DNA of 16,311 nucleotides from Candidatus Bathyarchaeia archaeon (lineage in GTDB: Archaea > Thermoproteota > Bathyarchaeia > Bathyarchaeales > Bathycorpusculaceae). The notes under the pieces are model-generated. The model ran no database searches and was not told where the DNA came from. It worked only from the letters and a program-made list of their open reading frames with translations. Made by a program: the position numbers and the translations under genes. Each line of letters starts with the position of its first letter. The first letter of the stretch is position 1. Below, one piece after another: positions 1 through 8,270 of this stretch. Location of the stretch: assembly GCA_050012255.1 (NCBI GenBank), contig JBEKHN010000028.1:1-16311 (forward strand). The letters are read 5' to 3'.

Positions 1-244
1 CGTACTCGTTTATTGATACGCCGGCATTTTTACGTAAGAACCCATCGATTCGCATAATGCTTGGATCCTGGTCTTCAGAGTACGCTGGCCAAGCGATCGC
101 CGACGTCTTTTTCTTCCCTGAGAATTCTATTACGTCTCCAGATGAAACCCCTAACTTTTGCATTGTGATCTGGTCTATTCTAGCGATTCCTCTTGCCACA
201 TCTCTCTGTCTGGAATCCAGAACTCTCAGCTGAACTTCGCTCAA
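1..244 (-). CDS. cdc48: CDC48/VCP-family AAA ATPase, N-terminal part (runs off the window edge)
   Basis: Not in the ORF track. Manual minus-strand translation from TTG at 244 gives MSEVQLRVLDSRQRDVARGIARIDQITMQKLGVSSGDVIEFSGKKKTSAIAWPAYSEDQDPSIMRIDGFLRKNAGVSINEY, the typical archaeal CDC48 N-domain. Confidence 0.92.
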   Translation of the reverse strand, partial: MSEVQLRVLDSRQRDVARGIARIDQITMQKLGVSSGDVIEFSGKKKTSAIAWPAYSEDQDPSIMRIDGFLRKNAGVSINEY

Positions 245-551
245 TCTTCAACGCTCCACTAAATATATTTCTGATAGAAGCACTAATTCTTTCTCCCAAT
301 ATAAGTAGAGGACCATTAAAGTGACCCTGAAACTTCAATACAAATAGGGCATGTGCTGACATGACATACAAGGTCCACGCAGCTCAGCGCGCGCCTTTGT
401 CAATGGATGCGTCAGCCATTTTAGGATCTCTTGTAGCAGAGGTAGGTTCATGAAGGTAAGGTTAAAGGCATGAAGGAAGTGGGTGTTTTTGAACCTTCCT
501 TAACAAGATTATCACAATCCCATCCCCTTTCAAAACCTCTAAACGGTCCTC

Positions 552-845
552 TCACAGAGGCTTTTCACTTCTCTTTTTGCGAGGCTTATGCAGTATGAAA
601 GTGTGGCCTCGAACATCGATTAGGGCGGATTCTGTTTGCTGAGCTGTTTTTGACGCGATGTCTTTGGCGCTCTCATCCTCAAGCGCACTTTTCAATATTT
701 GGACTTTCACTATTTTCCTTTTCTCCAACTGCCTAGAAATCTCATTCATCGTCTGCGGCGACGCTCCCTCCTTACCAACCCATATTGTTGGTTTCTCTAA
801 GGTTAGCACACGTTTCATTCGATTTTTCGCCTTGGACGATATCAT
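552..845 (-). CDS. yhbY: YhbY/CRM-domain RNA-binding protein
   Basis: C-terminal 97 aa of ORF 552..1004: KPTIWVGKEG...EISRQLEKRKIVKVQIL...IDVRGHTFILHK is the CRM signature. ATG at 845 is the likely start. Confidence 0.88.
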   Translation of the reverse strand: MISSKAKNRMKRVLTLEKPTIWVGKEGASPQTMNEISRQLEKRKIVKVQILKSALEDESAKDIASKTAQQTESALIDVRGHTFILHKPRKKRSEKPL

Positions 846-973
846 GTTTCCTCCCGTTCCTTCAGTCCTGGTCAAACCATTTACATCCAAATAGTACAAT
901 GGAGCTCCTAAGATATAGGCATCAGCTTTATCCAAAATCTCATTCAGTTCTCTAGGTGTCTCATGACGCGCGC

Positions 974-998
974 GTGGGGTCGCTGGGATTTGAACCAG
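974..998 (-). pseudogene. Isolated 3' fragment of a tRNA gene (T-loop plus acceptor 3' strand; Pro-like, identity uncertain)
   Basis: Minus strand reads CTGGTTCAAATCCCAGCGACCCCAC, i.e. T-arm GGTTCAAATCC, acceptor strand CGACCCC and discriminator A. No matching 5' half (GGGGTCG) found nearby. Confidence 0.7.
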
Positions 999-1005
999 GG
1001 GCAAA

Positions 1006-1038
1006 TGGAGATATCTCCTTCAACTCCCCCATTTTTCT
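1006..1038 (+). repeat. Dispersed repeat, copy 1 (GGAGATATCTCC palindrome plus AACTCCCC..TTTTTCT tail)
   Basis: tggagatatctccttcaactcccccatttttct matches copy 2 at 6411-6443 at 25/33 positions ungapped. Core 1007-1018 is a perfect palindrome. Confidence 0.8.
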
Positions 1039-1364
1039 AACTCATGGAGTTCTTATTGGTGAAAAGTTTTTAAACTTTCGTAGCGTAATATTCTTAATAG
1101 CAAGTATTGTTTCGTGGAGATTGGTGTATGCCTTCATTGAAAAAGAAAAATGTTCAAAAGAAGAAGAAACATTCGGATAAAGTTGGGAAATAACGCAGAT
1201 TTCATATTTTGTGTTCATGCTGGTCTTTGTCGTTCATCTGCTGCACCGTCAACGAGGTTAACCTATTCAGAAAACGGAAGATAGAGTCCTAAAATAGCAA
1301 GATAACATAGAAATGAGACTTAGATTGGCCGTCTGCCTAGTTGAATAAATGCGGCGTTGTCAAT

Positions 1365-2474
1365 ATGAAATATGATGTTAAATGCTCAGCGTGCGGCTAT
1401 CATTCGAGCAATCTGCTTGATTTCAGGTGCTCTTCGTGTGGCATGCCATTGGACATACAACTTCACCTCGATTTTGAAACTAAGAGAATTTCTAGGAAAG
1501 ATTTCTCAGTTTGGCGATACAGAAGATTCTTTCCCTACGTAAAAGAGAGTGAGATCGTGAGGCTCGGAGAAGGATGGACACCTCTGGTCAGATTCTCTGA
1601 GCATGTCCACTTCAAACTTGAAAGCCTGAACCCAACGGGTTCCTTCAAAGACAGAGGATCCGCATTGCTTGTCTCTGCTCTTCACAAGCTGATAAAGAAA
1701 AGAAGAGGCTACATTTCCGAAGACTCTTCGGGTAACGCGGGCGCATCGATCGCCGCATACGCAGCCCGCGCCGGGTTGAGGGCGAAGGTATACGTTCCAG
1801 AAGCCGTCTCGGGTCCAAAATTCAACCAGATCCAATTTTACGGAGCTGATGTTGTTAGGGTTTCTGGAAGCCGGAGCAAGGTTGCGGAGGAAGCGCAGAA
1901 ACATGAAACTGGAAAATTCTACATTGGCCACATACTCCATCCGTTGTTCCGTGACGGAATAAGAAGCCTAGCTTATGAGATGGCTGAACAGCTCGGCTGG
2001 GAGGCCCCAGATCGTGTCTATTTGCCCGTCTCCGCGGGAACTTTGCTGCTGGGCGTTGTAAGCGGATTTCAACATTTGGTCGGCTCAAACGTGATAGAAT
2101 CAATGCCGAAAATAGTGGCTTGCCAAACGAGGCAGGTCTCGGCGCTTTATCATCGCCTTAAGAACTTGAGCTACACGCCACCTGAGACTGTAACGTCGGT
2201 TGCTGACGCCCTGGTCAGTGTCGATCCGCCGCTGTTGGAGCTTATGGTTAAGAACTTGAAGGAAGTAGAAGGCGACGCGGTCATTGTTGAAGAAGAAGAG
2301 ATAGTTGAAGCCTTCAGAGAGCTTGCGGGAAGAGGCTTCTACGTGGAGCCGAGCTCTGCCGTTGCTTACGCTGGCTACAAGAAACAAGTCGAGAACAAAG
2401 AGATACCGATTGGCAGTAGCGCTGCAATAGTTTTGACCGGAGCTGGTTTGAAAACAGCAACGATCCGACCCTAA
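1365..2474 (+). CDS. thrC: Threonine synthase-family PLP enzyme
   Basis: N-terminal CxxC...CxxC, LGEGWTPL, NPTGSFKDRG (PLP lysine), SSGNAGAS, VEPSSA, VLTGAGLK. ATG at 1365 preferred over TTG at 1341. Confidence 0.88.
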   Translation: MKYDVKCSACGYHSSNLLDFRCSSCGMPLDIQLHLDFETKRISRKDFSVWRYRRFFPYVKESEIVRLGEGWTPLVRFSEHVHFKLESLNPTGSFKDRGSALLVSALHKLIKKRRGYISEDSSGNAGASIAAYAARAGLRAKVYVPEAVSGPKFNQIQFYGADVVRVSGSRSKVAEEAQKHETGKFYIGHILHPLFRDGIRSLAYEMAEQLGWEAPDRVYLPVSAGTLLLGVVSGFQHLVGSNVIESMPKIVACQTRQVSALYHRLKNLSYTPPETVTSVADALVSVDPPLLELMVKNLKEVEGDAVIVEEEEIVEAFRELAGRGFYVEPSSAVAYAGYKKQVENKEIPIGSSAAIVLTGAGLKTATIRP

Positions 2475-2530
2475 CCGCGGTAATCTGCCAAAGTTTATGT
2501 TCAAAATCTAACTTCTACCCGTTCCTTTTA

Positions 2531-2578
2531 GAAAAACTTATATTGTGAGGCTGTTTTTCATTGTGACGCAAAAGGAGG
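2531..2578 (+). promoter_or_regulatory. Putative BRE/TATA box and RBS of the thermosome gene
   Basis: gaaaaacttatat at 2531-2543; aggagg at 2573-2578 upstream of the TTG start at 2591. Confidence 0.55.
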
Positions 2579-2590
2579 TTTGTTTAAGGT

Positions 2591-4243
2591 TTGTCAACAC
2601 AATCAGCTGGTGGTGTTCCGGTTCTAGTGTTGAAAGAAGGCTCTAGTCGTTCTAGAGGGCGAGAAGCTCTGCACACAAACATTGAAGCTGCTAGAATAGT
2701 GGCTGAGACTGTGAAGAGTTCCCTCGGACCAAAGGGCATGGACAAGATGCTCGTGGACAGTTTTGGCGACGTTACCATAACAAGCGACGGACGGACAATT
2801 TTGGACGAGATGGATATTCAGCATCCAGCGGCAAAAATGATGCTAGAAGTCGCGAAAACCCAGGACAACGAAGCAGGCGATGGAACAACAACCGCGGTCA
2901 TAATATCCGGCGAACTGCTCAACAAGGCTCAAGAGCTGGTTGAAAGAAGTGTTCATCCAACGATAATAATCGACGGATACAAGAAAGCTTCGGACAAAGC
3001 ACTGGAAGTTCTGGAAAAGATCGCTATTTCGATAGACCCGAGCTCCACAGATTACCCGAAGAAGGTTGCGATGACCTCGATGGCAAGCAAGCTTGTGGCG
3101 GAGCACAGAGAGTATCTGGCTGACTTGACGGTTAAAGCGATCTTGGCTGTGGCAGAGAAGGACGGTGACAAGTATAAGGCGGATGTCGACGACGTGAAAG
3201 TCGAGAAGAAACCTGGCGAGTCGACAAGGGAAACGAAGCTTATTCAAGGGATAGTCCTTGACAAGGAAATCGCTCATTCAGGTATGCCTAAGCGCGTCGA
3301 AAAGGCCAAGATAGCTCTGCTTGACTGCCCGCTCGAGATCGAGAAGACGGAGTTTGACGCAAAGATCAACATTGAAAGCCCGGAGCAGATGGATGGCTTT
3401 CTCAAGCAGGAGGAGGACATGCTGCGCGACATGGCTGAAAAGATTGCGAAGACTGGTGCCAACGTTGTTCTGTGCGAGAAAGGCATCGACGACATGGTCC
3501 AGCACTTCCTTGCCAGAAAAGGGATACTTGCGGTTCGAAGGAACAAAAAGTCAGACATGGAGAAATTGGCCAAGGCTACTGGAGGAAAAATAGTGACCAA
3601 CCTTGACGGCATGACTTCGGCAGACCTGGGCTATGCTGCTCTGGTCGAAGAACGCAAGATAGGCGACGACAAAATGACCTTCATAGAAGGATGCAAGCAT
3701 CCCAAGGCCGTTACCATACTGATAAGGGGTGGAACCCAACGCATCGTGGACGAAGCAGAGCGGTCAGTGCACGACGCTTTGTGCGTGGTCAGAGACGTGG
3801 TTGAAGAGCCAAAGATCGTTGCGGGAGGAGGAGCCCCAGAACTAGAAGTTTCACGCATGCTCAAGAAATACGCGGAAACTCTGCCAGGAAGAGAACAGCT
3901 TGCAGTCAAAGCCTTCGCAGAGGCTCTTGAAGCCGTGCCAATCACACTGGCCGAAAACGCAGGGCTGGACCCGATCGACATAATATCTGACCTCAGAGCA
4001 CGACATGAAAAAGGCGAAACGTGGGCGGGCATAGAAGTGAACAACGGAAAAACACAAGACATGGCCAAAGCAGGAGTCTATGAACCCTTGGCAGTCAAGA
4101 AACAAATAGTGAAGTCAGCAACGGAAGCTTCTACGATGATACTGAAGATCGACGACGTAATCGCTTCTGGAAAAATGAAAGCTTCCCCAACACCTCCAGG
4201 AGGCCCAGGCGGCGCTGGGTACCCAGGCATGGGGGAGTACTAG
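2591..4243 (+). CDS. ths: Thermosome (group II chaperonin) subunit
   Basis: [29 protein letters not shown] motifs and a Gly/Pro/Met-rich C-terminal tail. Alpha versus beta subunit not resolved. Confidence 0.97.
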   Translation: MSTQSAGGVPVLVLKEGSSRSRGREALHTNIEAARIVAETVKSSLGPKGMDKMLVDSFGDVTITSDGRTILDEMDIQHPAAKMMLEVAKTQDNEAGDGTTTAVIISGELLNKAQELVERSVHPTIIIDGYKKASDKALEVLEKIAISIDPSSTDYPKKVAMTSMASKLVAEHREYLADLTVKAILAVAEKDGDKYKADVDDVKVEKKPGESTRETKLIQGIVLDKEIAHSGMPKRVEKAKIALLDCPLEIEKTEFDAKINIESPEQMDGFLKQEEDMLRDMAEKIAKTGANVVLCEKGIDDMVQHFLARKGILAVRRNKKSDMEKLAKATGGKIVTNLDGMTSADLGYAALVEERKIGDDKMTFIEGCKHPKAVTILIRGGTQRIVDEAERSVHDALCVVRDVVEEPKIVAGGGAPELEVSRMLKKYAETLPGREQLAVKAFAEALEAVPITLAENAGLDPIDIISDLRARHEKGETWAGIEVNNGKTQDMAKAGVYEPLAVKKQIVKSATEASTMILKIDDVIASGKMKASPTPPGGPGGAGYPGMGEY

Positions 4244-4246
4244 AAA

Positions 4247-4504
4247 ACGTCTGAGACAAAACGGATCACGATCGGACCGCCAAAGCTCACCCGTTTCGAG
4301 AAGGCAAGAATAGTGGGGGCTAGGGCCCTGCAAATATCTATGGGTGCACCCATACTTGTCGACGTCTCAGAGGGCTTTTCAGGTCCAATAGACATAGCGC
4401 TGAAGGAACTCGGCGCTGGCCTCCTGCCGATGACTGTAAGACGAACGTTGCCCGACAACACTTTTCAGGATATTCCGCTGAAGTGGCTGTTGGAAGAGCG
4501 TTAG
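4247..4504 (+). CDS. rpoK: DNA-directed RNA polymerase subunit K (Rpo6)
   Basis: The frame of ORF 4313..4504 extends upstream to give (M)[34 protein letters not shown]...PIDIALKEL...PMTVRR. The conserved TRFEKAR motif lies before the GTG at 4313, so the apparent start is ACG at 4247. Confidence 0.93.
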   Translation, partial: TSETKRITIGPPKLTRFEKARIVGARALQISMGAPILVDVSEGFSGPIDIALKELGAGLLPMTVRRTLPDNTFQDIPLKWLLEER

Positions 4505-4508
4505 AAAC

Positions 4509-5057
4509 TCATTTTTCTCTTTCTGGTTCTTCCAAAATCTGTTTTGCCGCGTTCAGCGTCTTTCTGATTCTCGTCCAGTGTGCGCCCTGCCAGTATATCT
4601 GGCCGCAGTTCGGGCATTTCCAGAACTCTTTGTAATGGTCAAAAGTACTTCTTTCAACCTTGCCCTCAGCCTGCTGTCTGGACACAAGCTTCACTGTTGA
4701 GTTGCATTTTGGACATCTGGATGACGCCATGTCTATTTCCAGTCTGACATCGTACCTCTTGGCAAGCTCCGCCAGTTTTTCTTCTCCAGTCAGTCCTTCC
4801 AGGTAGAAAGCGTCGATTCCTCTGGCATTGGCTCGTTGATAAAGTTCAAAGTCCCTCGTCAGCAGGATTCTTTTCTCCTTTTTCGCTATCATTAGAAGTT
4901 GTGGGTCGTCCAAGCTGCTCGAGTACTTCACGTCCTGTCCCAGCATGCGAAGCCAACGCGTCAGTTTTCCAAGCATGCCGTCGGCGACGAACCTCAAATG
5001 GTCACTGTCTCCGAATGACTCTGCCGCTTCCCGCTTTGGCAATAATTTCGCCTTCAT
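4509..5057 (-). CDS. Mut7-C RNase domain protein (PIN-like plus Zn ribbon)
   Basis: FVADGMLGKLTRWLRMLG, ILLTRD, RCPKCN, CPNCGQIYWQGAHW. Start is uncertain because it overlaps the end of pyrC. Confidence 0.88.
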   Translation of the reverse strand: MKAKLLPKREAAESFGDSDHLRFVADGMLGKLTRWLRMLGQDVKYSSSLDDPQLLMIAKKEKRILLTRDFELYQRANARGIDAFYLEGLTGEEKLAELAKRYDVRLEIDMASSRCPKCNSTVKLVSRQQAEGKVERSTFDHYKEFWKCPNCGQIYWQGAHWTRIRKTLNAAKQILEEPEREK

Positions 5058-6342
5058 CCATGATCAGCCGTCCGCCAACGAATGTTTTTGCGGGTTTTCC
5101 CTCGACCTCGCGTCCATCAAAAGGAGAAAACTTGGCCTTAGACAGAAAGTTGGATGAATCAATCCTGAACTTTTTGCGTAGGTCCACAACGGTCAAGTCG
5201 GCGTTGTTTCCTTCTCTCAAGTATCCTTTGCCCTTCAGGTTGAAGATCTCAGCGGGCTTCTCCGACATGAGCCTCGCCACATCACCAATCGACATTCGCC
5301 CTCGTTTGACTTGGGTCAGCAGGAGCGGAAGAGTTGTCTCTAGCCCCGGTATGCCAACCTTGACGTCCCAAACGGTATCAGCCTCCTTTTCTCCGATGGT
5401 GTGAGGAGCGTGGTCTGAGGCTACGATGTCGACCCAACCGTTTCTAACGCCCTCCCATAACGCTTCAGCGTGCTGTTTTTCTCGAACGGGCGGCATAGTC
5501 ACACCCAACGTTCCCGCCCTCTTCAAGTCATCAGCAGTCAGAAGCAGGTGGTGCGGGGTTACTTCGCAAGATATCAACATTCCAGACTTCTTTCCAGCGG
5601 CAATGGCTCTCAAACCATTCTGCGTGCTGACGTGGCAGAAATGCACGGGGAAGTTGCCCTGCTTGACCATGTCCAGAACACGTGTTGCAGCTCTCAGCTC
5701 CACGTTTTCCGAATGAGCCTTGAGGAAAGCGGCAACATCATTCTGTCTACGGCGTTGTAGCTCACCCTCACCTCTCTTCAACATCTGCTCGTCCTCCGCG
5801 TGAACAGAAGTGGAAACTTTAAGCTTGCCGACAGCCTTGAACGCTTCCAGCATGGCTTCATCATCGTTCACATCCAACCCGCCGACCTGATTAGCCATGA
5901 AAAGCTTGAAACCCACAGCACCTTCTCGCACAATTCCCTCTATCTCCCCAGCGTCTCCCGGAAATTCAGAGCGGAAGCCAACGTCCACCAGAATCCTTGC
6001 CTCCGCAATCTTCATTCGATTCCTCAAAGCCTCAGCACTCATCGTCACTGGATCGTTGTTAGGCATGTCAAGAACAGTCGTCATTCCACCCGCAGCGGCA
6101 GCGGCTGTGCCTGAGAGAAAGTCTTCTTTGTACGACTTACCCTCATCTCGAAGATGCACATGAGCGTCGATCAGCCCAGGGAGAACCAGATGATTCTCCA
6201 AGTCGAATCTTGCGTCAGCGGTAGGCATGCTCGATTCTCTGCCTATCTTAAAAATCCTGCCTTCGTTGAAGGCGATGCTGCAGTCTACTATTGCCTGCTT
6301 AAAGTAGGCTTTGGCATTTGCCAAGACGGAATCGACTATCAA
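5002..6342 (-). CDS. pyrC: Dihydroorotase-family cyclic amidohydrolase
   Basis: PGLIDAHVHLRD, AAAGGMTTVLDMPN, HFCHVS, EVTPHHL, SDHAPH, PGLET, FSPFDG. Confidence 0.87.
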   Translation of the reverse strand: MIVDSVLANAKAYFKQAIVDCSIAFNEGRIFKIGRESSMPTADARFDLENHLVLPGLIDAHVHLRDEGKSYKEDFLSGTAAAAAGGMTTVLDMPNNDPVTMSAEALRNRMKIAEARILVDVGFRSEFPGDAGEIEGIVREGAVGFKLFMANQVGGLDVNDDEAMLEAFKAVGKLKVSTSVHAEDEQMLKRGEGELQRRRQNDVAAFLKAHSENVELRAATRVLDMVKQGNFPVHFCHVSTQNGLRAIAAGKKSGMLISCEVTPHHLLLTADDLKRAGTLGVTMPPVREKQHAEALWEGVRNGWVDIVASDHAPHTIGEKEADTVWDVKVGIPGLETTLPLLLTQVKRGRMSIGDVARLMSEKPAEIFNLKGKGYLREGNNADLTVVDLRKKFRIDSSNFLSKAKFSPFDGREVEGKPAKTFVGGRLIMDEGEIIAKAGSGRVIRRQ

Positions 6343-6410
6343 GTCTCGTAGTGCTCCTCATCACTGAAATAACGTGAAATGGACATGTAAAAAGCTTATT
6401 CACTCTGCGA

Positions 6411-6443
6411 TGGAGATATCCCCCGTAAACTCCCCTTTTTTCT
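6411..6443 (+). repeat. Dispersed repeat, copy 2 (left boundary of the Cas1 module)
   Basis: tggagatatcccccgtaaactccccttttttct; the minus strand of the core reads GGGGATATCTCC. Confidence 0.8.
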
Positions 6444-6477
6444 CTCATTCATGCATCCAGCGCACGCTTCTTGGGTT

Positions 6478-6495
6478 TGGGATAAAACTTTACCC
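6478..6495 (+). repeat. Left copy of an 18-bp inverted repeat, inside a local hairpin
   Basis: TGGGATAAAACTTTACCC is the exact reverse complement of 15738-15755. It is enclosed by ttgggtttggg (6471-6481) and cccaaacccaa (6496-6506). Confidence 0.85.
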
Positions 6496-6558
6496 CCCAA
6501 ACCCAAACCCAAACACACAAACGAATAATAATCACATAGTTTATACTTCTAATGAGGC

Positions 6559-6879
6559 TTGTCTGTGAGCCTAGGTAGAAGAACTTTAATTATGTTCTTC
6601 GTTGTGAGTCTTTTTTTCATAGCTATTGGATTGGAATTATATTTTTTCACTCAGACAGTCAATGGCGCTAGCATTGGCACAGCTTGGATTAATGGAACCA
6701 AGGTTTCCAACATATGGATGGCCTCTCCTCCTTTTGTATTTCGTCCGTACTTGGATCTAGGCTTTAGGTTATTTGGATTTGGAACAGTTATTTTGGTTGC
6801 TACTTTCTTTGAGAGCCTAGTAGGAAAGAGACCAACCTCAGTTGTTGCAAAAATCCACAGGCGCCTGAAACTTCGGTAG
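6559..6879 (+). CDS. Small membrane protein (two hydrophobic segments, basic C-terminus)
   Basis: Hydrophobic runs LIMFFVVSLFFIAIGLELYFF and LFGFGTVILVATFF; TATA-like tttata at ~6540. Confidence 0.6.
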   Translation: MSVSLGRRTLIMFFVVSLFFIAIGLELYFFTQTVNGASIGTAWINGTKVSNIWMASPPFVFRPYLDLGFRLFGFGTVILVATFFESLVGKRPTSVVAKIHRRLKLR

Positions 6880-6941
6880 AAAGATTCGCTAGAAGATTGT
6901 TCTATCTGCGCATATTAACCACATTTCAGCCTGAGAGAGCA

Positions 6942-7142
6942 CTAAATGAGAAGTCCTCTACGTTTTAAAATTTCAATCCAAAATGAATCATCAGGATATT
7001 TCCACTTGAAAAATTCAGCAACAAACTTTTTGATTTCAAAACTGTTTCGTTCCATGCCTATCCAGTACAGCAGTCGGTGTCCAGTGAACAAGTCTAAGTC
7101 TATGACGCTTTCTTTTTCAAAAGCATAATCGCCGTGTCTCAC
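6942..7142 (-). CDS. Hypothetical protein, 66 aa
   Basis: Last gene of a tightly coupled minus-strand operon. Its GTG start overlaps the upstream TAG stop (TAGTG), with a gaggag RBS upstream. Confidence 0.6.
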   Translation of the reverse strand: MRHGDYAFEKESVIDLDLFTGHRLLYWIGMERNSFEIKKFVAEFFKWKYPDDSFWIEILKRRGLLI

Positions 7143-7318
7143 TATGTTGTCTCCTCTTTTGTTGGAATTGGCTCAAGAATGAAAGTGTAGCTTTTCTTTC
7201 CATCAAGAACCTTCCTCAATTCTTCAAGGTTTGCGATGTATCGCGCTTTCTTAACTACAACACTAACCTTCTTGCCGTCCTTGCTTAAACTCAAATAGCC
7301 ACAGTCTTTCCAAACCAT
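7142..7318 (-). CDS. Hypothetical protein, 58 aa (missed by the ORF track)
   Basis: Manual translation MVWKDCGYLSLSKDGKKVSVVVKKARYIANLEELRKVLDGKKSYTFILEPIPTKEETT*. It fills the gap between neighbours, starts 2 nt after the upstream stop and has an aggagg RBS. Confidence 0.7.
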   Translation of the reverse strand: MVWKDCGYLSLSKDGKKVSVVVKKARYIANLEELRKVLDGKKSYTFILEPIPTKEETT

Positions 7319-7320
7319 TG

Positions 7321-7821
7321 TTATCGCCTCCTTTCCTTCCTGAGAAAATTGAGTATGAAACTGCGATTTCCCAGATACTTCTTAATCATTTTGTCTTGAA
7401 GGCCATAGCGAAAAACAATTTTTGGAATAGGCTTCTTACCTTTTCTTGACATCCTTACGGTTGAAGTTTCCTTGATGCACTGCATCCTAACATATCTTCG
7501 GAGATTCTCGTTTCCGCTTTCCAAAGCAACCCAGTTCATCACATGAACGTTTCTGCCCCAATCGACTGGACTATTAAAAACCACATGATAACTTGCCTTC
7601 CTGAGTCTGAAAAAGACTTTGCGTTTCTGTGTCACAACATAGTTTTTGTGGCTTGATTCCGAGATTATGAATCCTTCCAGTTTGAAAAAGAAGGTTGCTC
7701 TGTAAGACCAGAGTTTTACTTCGTCTAATGAAGGGGCATCATCCCAGTCTAATCTAATGGTTTCTGTATCCCAGTCTCCAAAGACCAGAGAAGTGTTAAC
7801 TTTCAACTCTTGGTCTCGCAT
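7321..7821 (-). CDS. Putative minimal archaeo-eukaryotic primase (AEP)-like protein
   Basis: hhDxD motif (IRLDWDD), SYHVVF (motif II-like His) and TVRMSRKG (hRh). No clear motif III Asp. ATG at 7821 preferred over TTG at 7839. Confidence 0.5.
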   Translation of the reverse strand: MRDQELKVNTSLVFGDWDTETIRLDWDDAPSLDEVKLWSYRATFFFKLEGFIISESSHKNYVVTQKRKVFFRLRKASYHVVFNSPVDWGRNVHVMNWVALESGNENLRRYVRMQCIKETSTVRMSRKGKKPIPKIVFRYGLQDKMIKKYLGNRSFILNFLRKERRR

Positions 7822-8260
7822 CCCAGTGTCCCCTTTCAAGAAATTCTTCTGGAGATTCTAACAAAGCCTCAGAACTTATGGTAAGAAATTGTTTTTTGGG
7901 CGGGTGCTTAGAAACAATCTGCATGGCCTCATACAGTTGTCTTCCGCTTCCAAACATCTGTATCCTTTTAGATTTTCCGTGTTCTGAACCGTAACAGGCA
8001 ATCTGTTTGGCGAATATTCCAATTTTTGGCGCTGGCGTGTATGTCGTTTGTCTTCTATATTCTCTGGGTATGTGCTTCTGAACGTGAGGTCTTGCTCGTT
8101 TATGTTTGGCTTGTCTTACGTAATGGAGCAGTTTGGTGCGCCTCATACCTATGTGTCTCTGTCTCAATTTCTGCTGGATTTTGTTTGCAGAGTAGCCTTT
8201 GCGAGCGTAACTTCTGATTGCGTTGATTTGCCGTTTTGAAACACCTTTAGTTTTTGCCAC
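7796..8260 (-). CDS. Very basic protein with an HTH-like N-terminus, probably nucleic-acid binding
   Basis: K/R-rich; IRSYARKGYSANKIQQKLRQ resembles an HTH; aggtgg RBS just after the ATPase stop. Confidence 0.65.
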   Translation of the reverse strand: MAKTKGVSKRQINAIRSYARKGYSANKIQQKLRQRHIGMRRTKLLHYVRQAKHKRARPHVQKHIPREYRRQTTYTPAPKIGIFAKQIACYGSEHGKSKRIQMFGSGRQLYEAMQIVSKHPPKKQFLTISSEALLESPEEFLERGHWDARPRVES

Positions 8261-8270
8261 TGTCCCACCT

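Noticed and set aside
1-244. Functional link between CDC48 and the ubiquitin-like operon
   Set aside because: CDC48 is over 11 kb away among housekeeping genes and outside the island, so proximity is probably coincidental.
420-540. Imperfect inverted repeat (aaggtaaggttaa / ttgaaccttcctt) as an ncRNA or terminator
   Set aside because: The pairing is weak and no RNA family motif could be supported.
974-1050. Complete tRNA gene
   Set aside because: Only the T-loop and acceptor 3' strand are present; no D-arm, anticodon arm or 5' acceptor strand found.
846-1180. N-terminal extension of yhbY to 1004 and ORF 956..1180
   Set aside because: Both run through the tRNA fragment or the repeat and lack protein-family features.
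1506-6351. Many antisense and alternate-frame ORFs over thrC, thermosome, Mut7-C and pyrC
   Set aside because: Shadow ORFs of well-supported genes with no recognisable motifs.
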